Assembly (NCBI GenBank): GCA_002256025.1
Contig: NKIB01005371.1
Span: forward strand, 62,001 to 126,000
DNA: 64,000 bases
Direction: 5' to 3'
Source: Asterionella formosa
Taxonomy: Eukaryota
Below, in pieces: positions 24,031 to 35,415 of the stretch (within the stretch, counting starts at the first letter, position 1; every line of letters starts with the position of its first letter). Made by a program: the position numbers and the translations under genes. A model generated the notes under the pieces. That model saw only the letters and a program-made list of their open reading frames with translations. It was not told the origin of the DNA and made no database searches.

Positions 24031-24194
24031 CTCAGGTTAAAAATGCATCATAGATACATATATTCATCATTTTTGCTCTGCTTGTTGCAAAGAATGCACT
24101 GTACTGCATTTTAGTTATCATCAATCTTTATTAATAAATTACAGCCATCATCTTGATTCTTATATGTTTGGATAAAATGGGATGAGCACATCAT

Positions 24195-25000
24195 GAAAAG
24201 AGGTCACAGCAAGATGTGGTCTAATTCTGCATCATAAATGGTGGTGGTTGTTCCCACTATTGATTCATCAATATTGGAGCAATCCATGCAGATGGTGACG
24301 TACTCAACTGTCAAGGAAGTATTAGTGAATCATTTGGTCTTATCACGCTGGTATATACAATGGAATGTGCATACCATGAACAGAGGTTCTCACAACAACA
24401 AGTGGTGGTCTAATTCTGCCTGTTGCATCATACGCAGTGGTGGTTGTACCCATTATTGATTCCTCAATAACTTCATCAATATTGAAGTAATCCATTTTGA
24501 TGAAGGTAGTACTAAATAAGATAGTGTCCAGTTGATTGGAGACAAAGGTTGAATGGTGATCAAGAGCTTGGACAGGTCACAGCAAGGAATGTTCACCTAT
24601 GCCATGCACAGTTGTGGTGGGTTTTCCCACCAATGATTTGTCAATAACTTCATCAATATTGTAGCAATCAATGCAGATGAAGCACTCCACTGTCAAAACG
24701 GTAGTACCAAATAAGATAGCTTCAAGTTGATTAACATAGGTTGAATGATCAAAGGCATCGGAAGGTCCCAGCAAGGATTTCTTCACCTACAACCTCCACA
24801 GTGGTGGTTGTTCCCACTACTGATTCTTCAAAAACTTCATAAATATTGGAGCAATCCGTGCAAATGAACTCCTCAACTGTCAAAGGGAGAATTACTGAAT
24901 CAGTTGGTATCCCTCTGGTGTACAAAATGGAATGAACACACCATGAAGAGAGGTTACAGCAAGATGTGGTGGTCAAATTCTGCACCCTCCACAGTGGTGT
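24195..25000 (-). repeat. Degenerate tandem array of about 180-210 bp units (about 4 copies) encoding a CxDC-containing peptide repeat
   Basis: The anchor AATATTG recurs at 24270, 24478, 24655 and 24842. The minus strand reads TVEEFICTDCSNIYEVFEESVVGTTTT and TVECFICIDCYNIDEVIDKSLVGKPTTT. Confidence 0.7.
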
Positions 25001-25667
25001 TTCAAAAAGCAATCAACCGAAGGCCGAATTTTCACGAACAAAATATCATCATGATCTTGAATTGGCTTTTTTCGTAAAAAGGGTGCAGTTCCACTGTGAA
25101 AAATCAAACTAGAGCAAATATTGGCAAATAAAATGTTCCAATTGTTATGTCTACATAGTACTACAACACTTTTGAAGCTTACTAATAAAGGCTCTTGTTA
25201 TAAATAGAATTTGGAACAATTTATCATCATTTCTAAAAATTGAAAGGCCACCACACATCAATTATTTTTAAAAAAACTATTACAAGCAGATGGTCCACGT
25301 TGATGGTCTAATAAACAGGCATCATAAAGACTAAGTATCTGCTTTACAAGTTAGGTATGGATTTGGAAGTCAAGTTGCAAATTTTAATGACTAAAACTGG
25401 GGAGGCAGTAGGTAATACTCCTAGGATAAATGATACAACTAGTAGCACCATGTTGTTTGTGCTCCATATTATCTAGACTAATTACCTCGGTTGTCATTAG
25501 TTAAGAACATCATTGTGGAGCTTATTCACCAGTACTTCAATTCCTTGATATGTTAGTATAGTCACTCATATTAGTGAATAAAGTAAATAATGGCAAATCA
25601 CATAAAAAATGCACTAATTTTAATTGGGTCCGTTCTAAATTTCCCTCATCCAATAATGACGGAAAAA

Positions 25668-26211
25668 TTAGAAACCGTGCAAAACGATCGAGTCAGGGGT
25701 ACAGATTTCTTGATCAGTGAGGAAGGCTGAAATTTCGAGTTTGCAGCGCAACGTTGGCAAATTTAAAAAAAAACCGAAATGGTAAGAAATTTTAAATTCG
25801 AGAGCTAGCGTCCATAGACCATGGAATTCACACCCGGTAAAATGATGCAAAAGCTTACATACCTTTTACATTAGTTCTCTGATCACCGCTGAGCTGGATT
25901 ACCTCGCCAGCGTCTTCATCCGCTTGGACGGCCCCGTTGCAACTAAAGTTCTTCTTAAAAGCCTTGCAGATTCGCTTGATATCAAGATCGTCCGCTAATC
26001 CAGCAACTGTGGTTATGCACTTTCTGCCGTTTCGTTGTTGAACACGAACGTGTATCTTCTCCTCCGCTCCGTTGCCACCGTCCCCAGCATCGTCAAACGC
26101 GTCTGACGAGGAGTCGAGTGAGAAATCAAAAAACGTGAATACTCAAGATGAAAAGCAAACAACGATGGCAACAAAATCCGCCTTACCGAAAGTATTGAAT
26201 TGCATATCCAT
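25668..26211 (-). CDS. SUI1: Translation initiation factor eIF1/SUI1. Introns 26103-26186 and 25727-25862.
   Basis: Spliced product MDMQFNTFDAFDDAG...KIHVRVQQRNGRKCITTVAGL...FSCNGAV...VIQLSGDQRTNVKAFL...IVLHGF. Missed by the ORF track because of the introns. An alternative in-frame ATG lies at 26223. Confidence 0.95.
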
Positions 26212-26419
26212 TTTGCTGGTCATGTTTATCGAGGGAGCTAGAGCAATTAACTTATTCGATTGAGCGATGTATCGATGTGGGACAACTCAACGTTTTGGCA
26301 ACCACGAGCAAGCGAAAGATAAAATGTACTCAGTAATGACCAGGGTAATATTGTACCGGAAGGTCGTTTACAGACCATCGAATTCGACACCGCAATTACT
26401 AATAGGTATACATCCGCCA

Positions 26420-26550
26420 CCGTCTACCGGAACGTATTGGATGTACCCTGTACCAGGTACGGTACCCACCTGCTCCTTCTAAACATGATGTTGCAGATGT
26501 GCATGTGCGTGTTTACATACCGGTACCTGGTACCTGGTACTACCGGTGCG
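26420..26550. promoter_or_regulatory. Palindrome cluster in the divergent eIF1/RUS1 intergenic region
   Basis: GTACCAGGTACGGTACC and TACCGGTACCTGGTACCTGGTACTACCGGT. Confidence 0.55.
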
Positions 26551-26839
26551 TAGCTTGTTAATCCTATGATAGACGTACAGGCGACTGTCGTGCTGGTACA
26601 TCATGGTAATCATGTTTAACAAAAAATCAAAAATCAGGCCATTCTGGGGAGTCGAACAGAGCATACGGGCACTAATAAATAGATGGTGTGTGAAATACTA
26701 TTTATTCGCATAGTAAGTGTCATCGAATTAGACCAAGCTTTCTTCAACTCTCTCTGCTTCATGTCATTGTTGCATTATGCTTGTACTACCGGTAGCCGAC
26801 TAAGCTCAGGATTAGGCTACTGGTGGATCCAAAGGGACA

Positions 26840-28270
26840 ATGGTTGCGATTCCCTCTTGTGCCGGTCGGCAACTCCTTCGGACACTAGCGACCCGACATG
26901 CAAACCTTGCAAGTCCGTCGAGACTTTGGTCCGCTCCTAAATGCTGTTTCAGCGCGAAACAATCGATACAAGTGATCGCGCATCGATTGGACGACGTCAA
27001 GCATAGAAATCCGATGGTGTACTCCGCTGGAACGGACGCGTGGAGTATAGTACACGCTCCGAATGTTTCGATGCAAGCCAGCAACAATGCCGGTACAATG
27101 CAGAGCATTCAGGACAACATCAAGCATTTTTTGCCGGCGAACTATCCAGCATCTGTCGCTCATGGATATGCTAAGTTTGCCTCATATTGCTTCGTTGCAT
27201 CTGTGGCCGGGTCTGCTGGCATGGTTCTGTCGACACAGACGCTCCTCTTAGCGGTCGGAGTGGTGGGGTCGACCGGTCAAGCGTCGATACTCGCTGGGGC
27301 TATCAACTGGGTCATTAAGGACGGCGTTGGACAACTCGGAGGAGTTCTCTTTGCGTCCAGAATGTCCCAATCTCACAGGTTTGACGCTTCTCCGAAACGT
27401 TGGCGAATGGTGGCTGCGCTTAGTTTAGATGCAGCAACGCTGTTGGAAATCGCCTCGCCACTGGTATCTGACTTTTGGGTCCTTCCTCTGGCATCAGTTG
27501 CCAACATTGGCAAGAATATTGGGTTTCTAACTGCTTCCGCTAGTCGAGCGGCTCTTCATCAGTCCCTAGCCTTGAAGCAAAACTTGGCAGATGTCACAGC
27601 AAAGTCAGGTTCTCAGTCCATTGCAGCGAGTCTGGTCGGAACGACATTGGGGATTGGCTTGTCACCAATTTTGGGAGATGTGACACACTTTGCCCTGGGT
27701 TTTGTTTGTTTAAGCGTCATTCATCTTGGCTGCAACTATTTGAGTTTGAAATCAATTCCACTGTGTCGCTTTGATCGACACCGACTACATCTGGTTCTGA
27801 AGTGCTATGTAGAGACAAACAAAGTGCTGACACCCGAGCAAGTTGCGAAGCAAGAAGTTTTCTTTCCTGGCATGAATTCGGACGACACGCATTTGTGGCT
27901 TTCGGTAGGCAGTCCGATTTCTTTGGTGTGTCCAAAGGGTCCGATCGAACTTGGACACTTGCAGAGAACATTGATCAACGAAAAATACCTTGTGAACGTG
28001 GTGAACGAAATGGTTCACTTGGTATATTTTCACGACGCTTCTGGAGACGACCTCATCAGGGGTATGTTGCACGCTCATCTTTTGCACTATAATGTTTCGA
28101 CAAGTTTAGCAGTTCCTTGCGACGATATCATTGATGTGAAGTACCAAGAATTACAACATTGCTGGGGGCAGCTAAAAGCTAACTTGGAAGAATCTAGATG
28201 GAGACTTGAAGGCGACGGCACATGCGTTGAAGACAGTTCAGCCTACAGAATACAAATCTATAAAACTTAA
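26840..28270 (+). CDS. RUS1/DUF647 (root UVB sensitive-like) protein
   Basis: HFLPANYPASV..GY, VLSTQTLLLAVG, AINWVIKDGVGQLGG, FDASPKRWR and NLADVTAKSGSQ. Confidence 0.9.
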   Translation: MVAIPSCAGRQLLRTLATRHANLASPSRLWSAPKCCFSAKQSIQVIAHRLDDVKHRNPMVYSAGTDAWSIVHAPNVSMQASNNAGTMQSIQDNIKHFLPANYPASVAHGYAKFASYCFVASVAGSAGMVLSTQTLLLAVGVVGSTGQASILAGAINWVIKDGVGQLGGVLFASRMSQSHRFDASPKRWRMVAALSLDAATLLEIASPLVSDFWVLPLASVANIGKNIGFLTASASRAALHQSLALKQNLADVTAKSGSQSIAASLVGTTLGIGLSPILGDVTHFALGFVCLSVIHLGCNYLSLKSIPLCRFDRHRLHLVLKCYVETNKVLTPEQVAKQEVFFPGMNSDDTHLWLSVGSPISLVCPKGPIELGHLQRTLINEKYLVNVVNEMVHLVYFHDASGDDLIRGMLHAHLLHYNVSTSLAVPCDDIIDVKYQELQHCWGQLKANLEESRWRLEGDGTCVEDSSAYRIQIYKT

Positions 28271-28446
28271 AATCGTATTTGAACGAGCACATCCAAGCTT
28301 ATGACTAGACGTAGGCATGTGAAGGGTCTTGTTCTTGAATCATTTGGAACTTTGTCAAACATCGCAAATGATAATGCAACGTTTAAGCTGCCAAGGTAAG
28401 TAACAGGGGACAGACAATTAGTTTTCCTTGGCAGTCCAAAATCTTC

Positions 28447-28863
28447 TCATAGCAGAATAGATTCCTCTGTCGAATATGTTCCGGAATCGCCAGACTTACC
28501 CATAAGAACAGATCCAAACCAGGCTACGCCAGCCCAAATAAATGTAAAAATAATGCAATAAATGGCAAAACTGGATCTCTTCAAAACATAGTAGCCAAAA
28601 TAAACCCCAATCGCATAATTGAAGGTAACCAGAAGATGAGATCCTGTAACGAGCGCCTTTGTTAGCCCACTTGTCGGCATAAGGCCTCGATTTGTCAATC
28701 CCATGACATACGATGACGTGAGGGCCACGGAAAGAAACGAAACCAATCCAAGGTCCCACGCGCCTTTCATCCCTAGAGTGTTCTTCAGCGCCCATGACCA
28801 GAAGAAGACCGAGACACAAAGGAAGAAGAAAGAGAAAGCCTGGAGATTCGATGAACCGCTCAT
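28447..28863 (-). CDS. Small multi-pass membrane protein of unknown function
   Basis: ATG in ACCATG context, about four hydrophobic segments, WDLGLVSF motif. It ends in EESILL, which resembles a dileucine sorting signal. Confidence 0.65.
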   Translation of the reverse strand: MSGSSNLQAFSFFFLCVSVFFWSWALKNTLGMKGAWDLGLVSFLSVALTSSYVMGLTNRGLMPTSGLTKALVTGSHLLVTFNYAIGVYFGYYVLKRSSFAIYCIIFTFIWAGVAWFGSVLMGKSGDSGTYSTEESILL

Positions 28864-29459
28864 GGTAAGAAAGGTGGCAAGCAATGTGAAAAGAAGTGCC
28901 GCTTGTTGATAACAATATTACCGGTACCGGGTTGGGTCCTTCAATTTTTACTCGCACCGCCCATCCACAACAATTTTCTGCCTTGCTTCGGTGCCTTGTG
29001 ACTTGTGATTGTTTGACACTGTCGCTCAACAGAGGAATCGGTATCTTATGTGCATGCCAGTGTACCTGGTAGTACCAGTACCGTAGTATCAGGTACCATT
29101 ACCATATCCAATATTCATTAACGAATATATACATATGCAGATAAACATATTAATACCGGAATATGCATAAGACAACGAACAGGTCATCTTTGTACGTATG
29201 TAGAACAAATTCCCCGAGTACATACTCGGTACTCCAGGTACTGGTACCTGATGCTCGGTGCGAGGGGAGTGGATAAATCATGCCAGCGATGATTCTGCAG
29301 ATTCTCATGAGAGTTTTTGTAACTGGTGGGCGGTGTTGTGACCACAATTCCAAACAACCACCAGTTGCACAATTGGATATCATCCCTTGCCGATGGTGAA
29401 CCATTGCTTGTTACATTTTGTGCACCGAGAAAGCCGAAATAGAAAGAGACTTTCGAAAT

Positions 29460-31076
29460 ATGGGCTCCTCGTGCACAAAGTCGGATGACAGATTTGATTC
29501 CACAGAATTTCAAGAAAGCAAAAATGCAGTAACAGGATCTCCTCATATCGTTCATGTCAATGAGCCAACCATTGCAAAACTAACACCAGAGTATCAACCA
29601 ACGATCGTTAAGCTACCACCACCAGCAACGAAAAAGCGAGCGGAAACGAAGACGCTGCAGCAATCCCTACGCGGGGCCGGAAGCCGATTGTTCGTCAAAC
29701 AGGGTCTGAGAGCAAGTCGAGCGGCGTCAAGGCGAGCGAGCAACTACAATCATGTGCATGATGCTGCCATGCACAACTTTTCCGAGCATGGAGCTTCCAA
29801 TCACGGCACTCCGTCTGGCGTTGTGGGGTTGAGAAATTTGGGAAATACTTGCTTTATGAATAGCAGCATTCAGTGCTTGAGCAATACCATTCCACTGACG
29901 GATTATTTCCTTGGGTACGTGTGGAAGATGCCACTTTTCACCGGGTTTGTAAATTTTCTTTGCTCACTCCACCTACCGGTATTTAGCTACGAATACAGAC
30001 AAGAGATTAATCGCGACAACTTCCTGGGGACCGGTGGGAAACTTGTCATAGCATGGGCTGAATTGATGAAAGCAATATGGCTATCCAATGGCACGGTAGT
30101 AGAACCCTTGACATTCAAAAACAGCATGGCCACGTTTGCCCCTCAATTCAGTGGTTGCCAGCAACACGACGCTCAAGAATTAATTTCGTTTCTCTTGGAT
30201 GGAATTCATGAAGATTTGAATAGAGTTCAGAAAAAACCATATATTGAAGATAAGGACTGTGATGGAACCAATGATGAACACGATGCTATAGAATCTTGGA
30301 AGAATTATCTGAAGAGAAACAAGTCTCTGATTGTCGATTTGTTCCAAGGGCAAGTCAGGAGTACATGCTCATGTAGAAAATGCGGGTATAAGAATATTCG
30401 ATTTGAGCCATTCATGTACTTGTCGCTGCCCATTTCAAATTCATGCCGATCAGTCGAAGACTGCTTAATGCTTTACCTGAGCGAAGAAGACTTGACTGGT
30501 AACAACCAATGGTACTGCGAAAAGTGTAAATGTCACGTCGACGCTACGAAAAAAATCGACTTATGGATCACGCCCCCCATTCTTATCATTCATTTAAAAC
30601 GATTCAAGTATAATGAATCTGGAAGGGTGGGATCCAAAAATAATGTTGAACTTACTTACCCAATCAAATCATGGGACCTCTGTGACCAAGTCAGAAGCCG
30701 AGGAGGAGAGTACCCCTTATACGATATGTATGCAGTATCGAACCATTTGGGTGGACTTGGAAGTGGTCATTATACTGCCTACGCATTGAATCGATTCGAT
30801 GAGAAATGGTATGAATTTAACGATTGTAGTTCTCGGCCCATTGATCCCGAGAAAAAAATAGGTAAGTCCGGCACACCTTATCTGCTCTTCTATAACCGAG
30901 CGTCGAAAGACGACGAATCAGGCATGAGCGGTCGAGGACTTTTGATTCGAAGGCAAAGTGAGAATCGACCAGATCTTTGGCCCCATGCTCAAGTCCGTGA
31001 TGCACGATTTCGTGATTATACGAGGTCGTCCGTTATGGCAAGAAAGGTTGAAATGGTCCAGTTGGAGGGGATATGA
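29460..31076 (+). CDS. Ubiquitin-specific protease (peptidase C19). Intron 29915-29986.
   Basis: Cys box GLRNLGNTCFMNSSIQCL, QQHDAQE, LDGIHEDLNRV and His box NHLGGLGSGHYTAY...WYEFND. Confidence 0.93.
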   Translation: MGSSCTKSDDRFDSTEFQESKNAVTGSPHIVHVNEPTIAKLTPEYQPTIVKLPPPATKKRAETKTLQQSLRGAGSRLFVKQGLRASRAASRRASNYNHVHDAAMHNFSEHGASNHGTPSGVVGLRNLGNTCFMNSSIQCLSNTIPLTDYFLGYVWKMPLFTGFVNFLCSLHLPVFSYEYRQEINRDNFLGTGGKLVIAWAELMKAIWLSNGTVVEPLTFKNSMATFAPQFSGCQQHDAQELISFLLDGIHEDLNRVQKKPYIEDKDCDGTNDEHDAIESWKNYLKRNKSLIVDLFQGQVRSTCSCRKCGYKNIRFEPFMYLSLPISNSCRSVEDCLMLYLSEEDLTGNNQWYCEKCKCHVDATKKIDLWITPPILIIHLKRFKYNESGRVGSKNNVELTYPIKSWDLCDQVRSRGGEYPLYDMYAVSNHLGGLGSGHYTAYALNRFDEKWYEFNDCSSRPIDPEKKIGKSGTPYLLFYNRASKDDESGMSGRGLLIRRQSENRPDLWPHAQVRDARFRDYTRSSVMARKVEMVQLEGI

Positions 31077-31482
31077 CCATCAAAGACGAATCGTGCATCC
31101 AAGGAGGTTCATAGCTCAAATGACCAGGAGATAATCAACAATGTGGGGAAAATAACAGTTAGTGTAATAGAATAAATAATCTACAATATGTAGTACTGAA
31201 AAGGATTTCAATTCGACGAAGTGGATTGATAGAATTGGAGCTTACACACAATAAAATGAATTGCGGTGAGTACAAAGCGAATTATTGATGTGGAGACTTC
31301 GCCTGCAGAGTCAACAGGAAAGTACCAAAATTGGTAAACAGTAAAAGACTCTCCGTAGTGTGCAGCCCATCATTCCCAATCATTCGCAAACCAAAAAAAT
31401 GAATTTCCAGCTATTCCTTGACAGTAATTAGATATTTTTTAAAGTTATAATACAACACATGATTCCAACAGAAATGCGATTG

Positions 31483-34059
31483 TTACTTTCGAATAACAAA
31501 GCCACTGGATTCTCCACGCCGAGTCGGCGTTATCTGTTTGCGCTTTTCAACATCAGGCCCAAAATGCGAGGAAATAATCCCACTTATTCCGTCCCACAAT
31601 ATTCTCCGTAGCTTATTGGTTTGTGAACGCTCCTTTGTTCTCTCCTTTCCATTATAGGCCAAATTGTTCAGGAATACCAAGTCCGTTGCATGCAAAAGGT
31701 CCAAACCTCGCCACATGTTCCATGATCTTAAAGACTGAGTTGGGAGTTGGCCGTCTCCGTAGCTTTGTGCATCGGTTCCATTGAGTAGGGCTCCAATGAT
31801 ATCGTGGAAGCAGAGCGGGTTTTTAATTATGGAGAGATATGGGTGCTGCCCTATTTGATCGCGTTCAGCCACTGGATCCAAAAGCTGATGAGACTCTTCG
31901 TGGCGAAGGATCTGAAGCAATAAACGAAGAGCGTTGGCGTATTGCTCTTTCGAATCCCAGAAATTTTCCTGGGAAATGGGTAATGGACGGATATTATCCT
32001 GCTGGTTCACTTCAAATATTAGAGCCAACTTTTCCAGTCGATCGGTAATTTCAGCCAGCGGTATGTGCACTGATGCAAGAAACGTGTTTTGCCTCATTGA
32101 AGGCGACAAGTTCTGAGGAGCCTCGGCAGTAGAAACCCCAAGTTGCAAATCTGTTGGCAACTCCCACATTCCATCTAAAGCAGACACTGATGCCGTTGTG
32201 CTTTCAGATGTTTCCAAGTCAGCAAAATTTTTCTGGTCAAGTTCAGCGAATGTATTGTTAAAGGCTGACGCCTCGGCTTCGTCTTCTGTGTCGCAAGCTG
32301 CAGACAATGTTTTGTCGCACATACAGCATCGCCATTCGTCGGCGGGATTGAGCATGGTACATCTCGGGCACATCCAATCTTCCTCAGACTTTAGACCAGC
32401 AGAATCTCTGGGAGCAACAATGGTCAGATCTGCCCAATCTTCGTGACGATTTAGGCCAGCGGGCCCTCGGAGAGAAGCAGCGGTTAGATCAGCAAATGGT
32501 GACTGACAAGCAGCAATGACTTCCACAACACTATCATCATCGTCCTGGTCTTCGAAATTATCTTCTACTAGACTGGTATCAATCCTAGCCCGTTTCACAG
32601 GCCGACAAAGTGATGAGCAATTCACTGGTTTTGTCGCAACCTTTTTCTTCACTTCTTCGATTTCATCGTCGTCGTCAAGACAAATCACATCGTCGTCTTC
32701 TGGGTCAAAATTGGACATTCCTTTCAATGCCGACTCCAATCGATGGAAGAAGGGTAAAAAAGGATGAGCTGTACTGATAACTTGATACGTCGACGGTACA
32801 TCATTCTTGAGCCTTTCCAGAGCTTGTTTGGCCAGGGGCCTCAGTCGTTCTGCCAATTTGATAGTTGTTTCTTCGCTCCGATCCAATTTTTGACAAGAAA
32901 TTAAGATGCACTCAAGATCAGTACAAATCTGCATAGCCCCGCCCTGTCTCGATAACCACTTGCGCAATCCCCACGATTCTCCATCTTTCATACCACCCAA
33001 AAATGCATTCTTCATACCTTCGCATCCTTGATATTCAACTATTCTCGCATCTTCACAAAGTTTTTTAATCTCAGTGTACGCATCATTTAGTACCTTAGAC
33101 TCCATGAGCGTTTTGTTGCGGTTGTAAAATTTGTCTGGTAGAGGACTGAGGTAACGTGAGAAAAATTGCTTCGGTGTCATCGAATCCTTGTAATTCGATC
33201 GATACAGCCGTTTTTGTGTAGCTGCTTGAAGGCCCGCTCGTAGCTCTTGCTGGCAAGAAACCAGAAACTCCACACACGGTAGATAACGAGTGACAACATC
33301 ATCCGTCTTACCCCGCACTCGCTTCAATACATCGGAGCCGCACAACGGGGTCAATGACAACCCTGACAACCCTGACAACCCCGACACAGAGATCTGAATA
33401 GTATCTAGCCAAATATCTGTATTCTCCTTTCTCGCGGCTTCCGCGGGTGTATCTGAAAACAAGGATGCGTATGAAGACATGGTAGAGTGGCCCGCAAAAT
33501 GCATATGCATTCCAGATGAGGAGACTATTTTGTCGCCCAGAGGACTTGACATGAGCTTATCTGCTGTGGACATGGGGTCTATGAGACCATAATCATTGGG
33601 AACAGAATAGTGCGATTGGTGAACTTGTGGGTGCTGTCGTTGAATAACTCGAGTGTCGAGAGGAATTGGTTCCAAAAGACTTGGTAGCAGTGCTTGGGCT
33701 TGTTGCGGAGATGGGACATAAATATGTGCCGTAGGATTGTACGCCATTCCAGTATGTAACCCCAAATTTTGATTGGGGTCGTAAATCTCAAAGCAAGGTG
33801 CCGGCATTCCATAGGTTTGTTGTTGTTGCTGCTGCTGCTCAAGACCTCTCTGTGTTTGCTGTTGCCGTTGCTGCTGCTGCTGCTGCTGTTGGTGACCGTA
33901 AAATTCTTGCAGATCGAAGACTCGACCGCCACCATAAGTTCCGGGGCCGTTCATCGTCAACAAGAGTCCTTTAGAGACTTCGATGGCACTGTGTTGTTCG
34001 TGCGTGAAGAAATTCAGCCGCGCACCAGGATGATATACCTTATGTATGTCCTCGTACAT
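31483..34059 (-). CDS. PolyQ protein with a RanBP2-type zinc finger and a C-terminal bromodomain-like region
   Basis: 858-aa ORF with WMCPRCTMLNPADEWRCCMC and LLDPV...YLSIIKNPLCFHDI. The start may instead be ATG 33954. Confidence 0.75.
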   Translation of the reverse strand: MYEDIHKVYHPGARLNFFTHEQHSAIEVSKGLLLTMNGPGTYGGGRVFDLQEFYGHQQQQQQQQRQQQTQRGLEQQQQQQQTYGMPAPCFEIYDPNQNLGLHTGMAYNPTAHIYVPSPQQAQALLPSLLEPIPLDTRVIQRQHPQVHQSHYSVPNDYGLIDPMSTADKLMSSPLGDKIVSSSGMHMHFAGHSTMSSYASLFSDTPAEAARKENTDIWLDTIQISVSGLSGLSGLSLTPLCGSDVLKRVRGKTDDVVTRYLPCVEFLVSCQQELRAGLQAATQKRLYRSNYKDSMTPKQFFSRYLSPLPDKFYNRNKTLMESKVLNDAYTEIKKLCEDARIVEYQGCEGMKNAFLGGMKDGESWGLRKWLSRQGGAMQICTDLECILISCQKLDRSEETTIKLAERLRPLAKQALERLKNDVPSTYQVISTAHPFLPFFHRLESALKGMSNFDPEDDDVICLDDDDEIEEVKKKVATKPVNCSSLCRPVKRARIDTSLVEDNFEDQDDDDSVVEVIAACQSPFADLTAASLRGPAGLNRHEDWADLTIVAPRDSAGLKSEEDWMCPRCTMLNPADEWRCCMCDKTLSAACDTEDEAEASAFNNTFAELDQKNFADLETSESTTASVSALDGMWELPTDLQLGVSTAEAPQNLSPSMRQNTFLASVHIPLAEITDRLEKLALIFEVNQQDNIRPLPISQENFWDSKEQYANALRLLLQILRHEESHQLLDPVAERDQIGQHPYLSIIKNPLCFHDIIGALLNGTDAQSYGDGQLPTQSLRSWNMWRGLDLLHATDLVFLNNLAYNGKERTKERSQTNKLRRILWDGISGIISSHFGPDVEKRKQITPTRRGESSGFVIRK
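33817..33891 (-). repeat. CAG/CAA microsatellite encoding polyglutamine
   Basis: (CTG)n/(TTG)n runs on the + strand give QQQQQQQQRQQQ and QQQQQQQ. Confidence 0.9.
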
Positions 34060-35013
34060 ACGATCATCCTATGTCGACCAGCCAGCTTTTTTTTGCACAT
34101 GTGGTTATTGTATAGGTAACTCTTGAACAACCTCTACCTATGCGTAATAGTTCCGGCTAGTACCTGGTACCGGTAATTACATATTTCTTATGTACTTGTG
34201 GTTATTCCATTCTTAGATGAGACCGTGAGAGCTCCTATGTGCAGACCACATACCAGGGTGCTGGTATACCGTCCTGTATATTAGCCACGATTGCATGATG
34301 AGGGGCATTAACTAGGAAAGGACACCGAAATATATGTATTCGGTGAACACTAGACTAGAGTATACTGTATACATAAAAATGTAAAACCATGTTCGTGGCT
34401 GTGATCATTTATTTGTATCCAAATACCGCATGCCGGTAACAAGGTAGGAGTACCAGGTATTTCATTCCTGGAGAGTGAGAACGTAGGCGAAGACGATTGT
34501 GTGCCGGTACCGGGTAGTTCTGTTCTATCATGCATTGCTGCAACGCTGGTGAGCGTTTTTATTATATTTTATGAGAAATCAACACATCATGTACATATAT
34601 ATTCGACACATGTTGCCTTCAACCCTGTTCACAAAAATTTTAAGCAGTCAGCAGTTCATCTTTGTACATAGATAAGTGTATTGTAATGAAAATGAATCGA
34701 ACTTTTCTGCTAGGATGTGCATACATATTTCTAATGATAAGAATGTAGGCTGTGGGTAATAAATGTACCAGTATTAGCTACCACCTGGAAGGTCTAGTGA
34801 TGCAAGTTTTATGCACACCTTTTCAGTTTGACTCCCTCCCCTGCCAGGCAAGATAGGCTGGCTTTCAATTTCAAACTTTCATTAGTAATGTATTATTCCA
34901 TTACATTGTCATTTACTGATTCCAAGTTGTGATCTATCAATCCAAATCATGTTCACCAACACCTACTGGTAGTGTTATTCAGCTGCTGGACGAGGACAGT
35001 TTGCTATAATGGT

Positions 35014-35415
35014 TCAGCAATCAGCAACCTCTATGTTGTTGGAGTCAGTAGCTTCTGGTCATTGTCAGCAATTTCTAATCATATTCTGCATTTCTGGTTG
35101 AAGTCAGCAATTTCTATTCATCATAATGACTATGACCATGGATTAAGATGATAACTTACATATCATGTTGATAGTGCTCAAGGCTATCAGGGGTGCTTGT
35201 TGTATAGATGTTATGAAAATCTGTAAATCATACTATGTGCAAAAGAGTTATTCAGAAAATCTATTTGTATTCAGCTATTTCTAGTCGTTGTCAGAAAATT
35301 CTATTTGTTGGAATCAACATGTTCTAAGTTTAGAACGATATTCCTATTTGTAATCGAAAATTAGAATACGGTTTGCTCAACTGGTTCATCAGTCAGCACA
35401 ATCCTAGTCATATTT
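35014..35415. repeat. Degenerate short-unit repeat (TCAGCAATTTCTA-like)
   Basis: GTCAGCAATTTCTA occurs twice, plus TCAGCAACCTCTA, TCAGAAAATCTA, TCAGCTATTTCTA and TCAGAAAATTCTA. Confidence 0.55.

Noticed and set aside
33355..33386. 9-bp tandem repeat encoding SGLSGLSGLS
   Set aside because: Simple in-frame slippage in a low-complexity linker.
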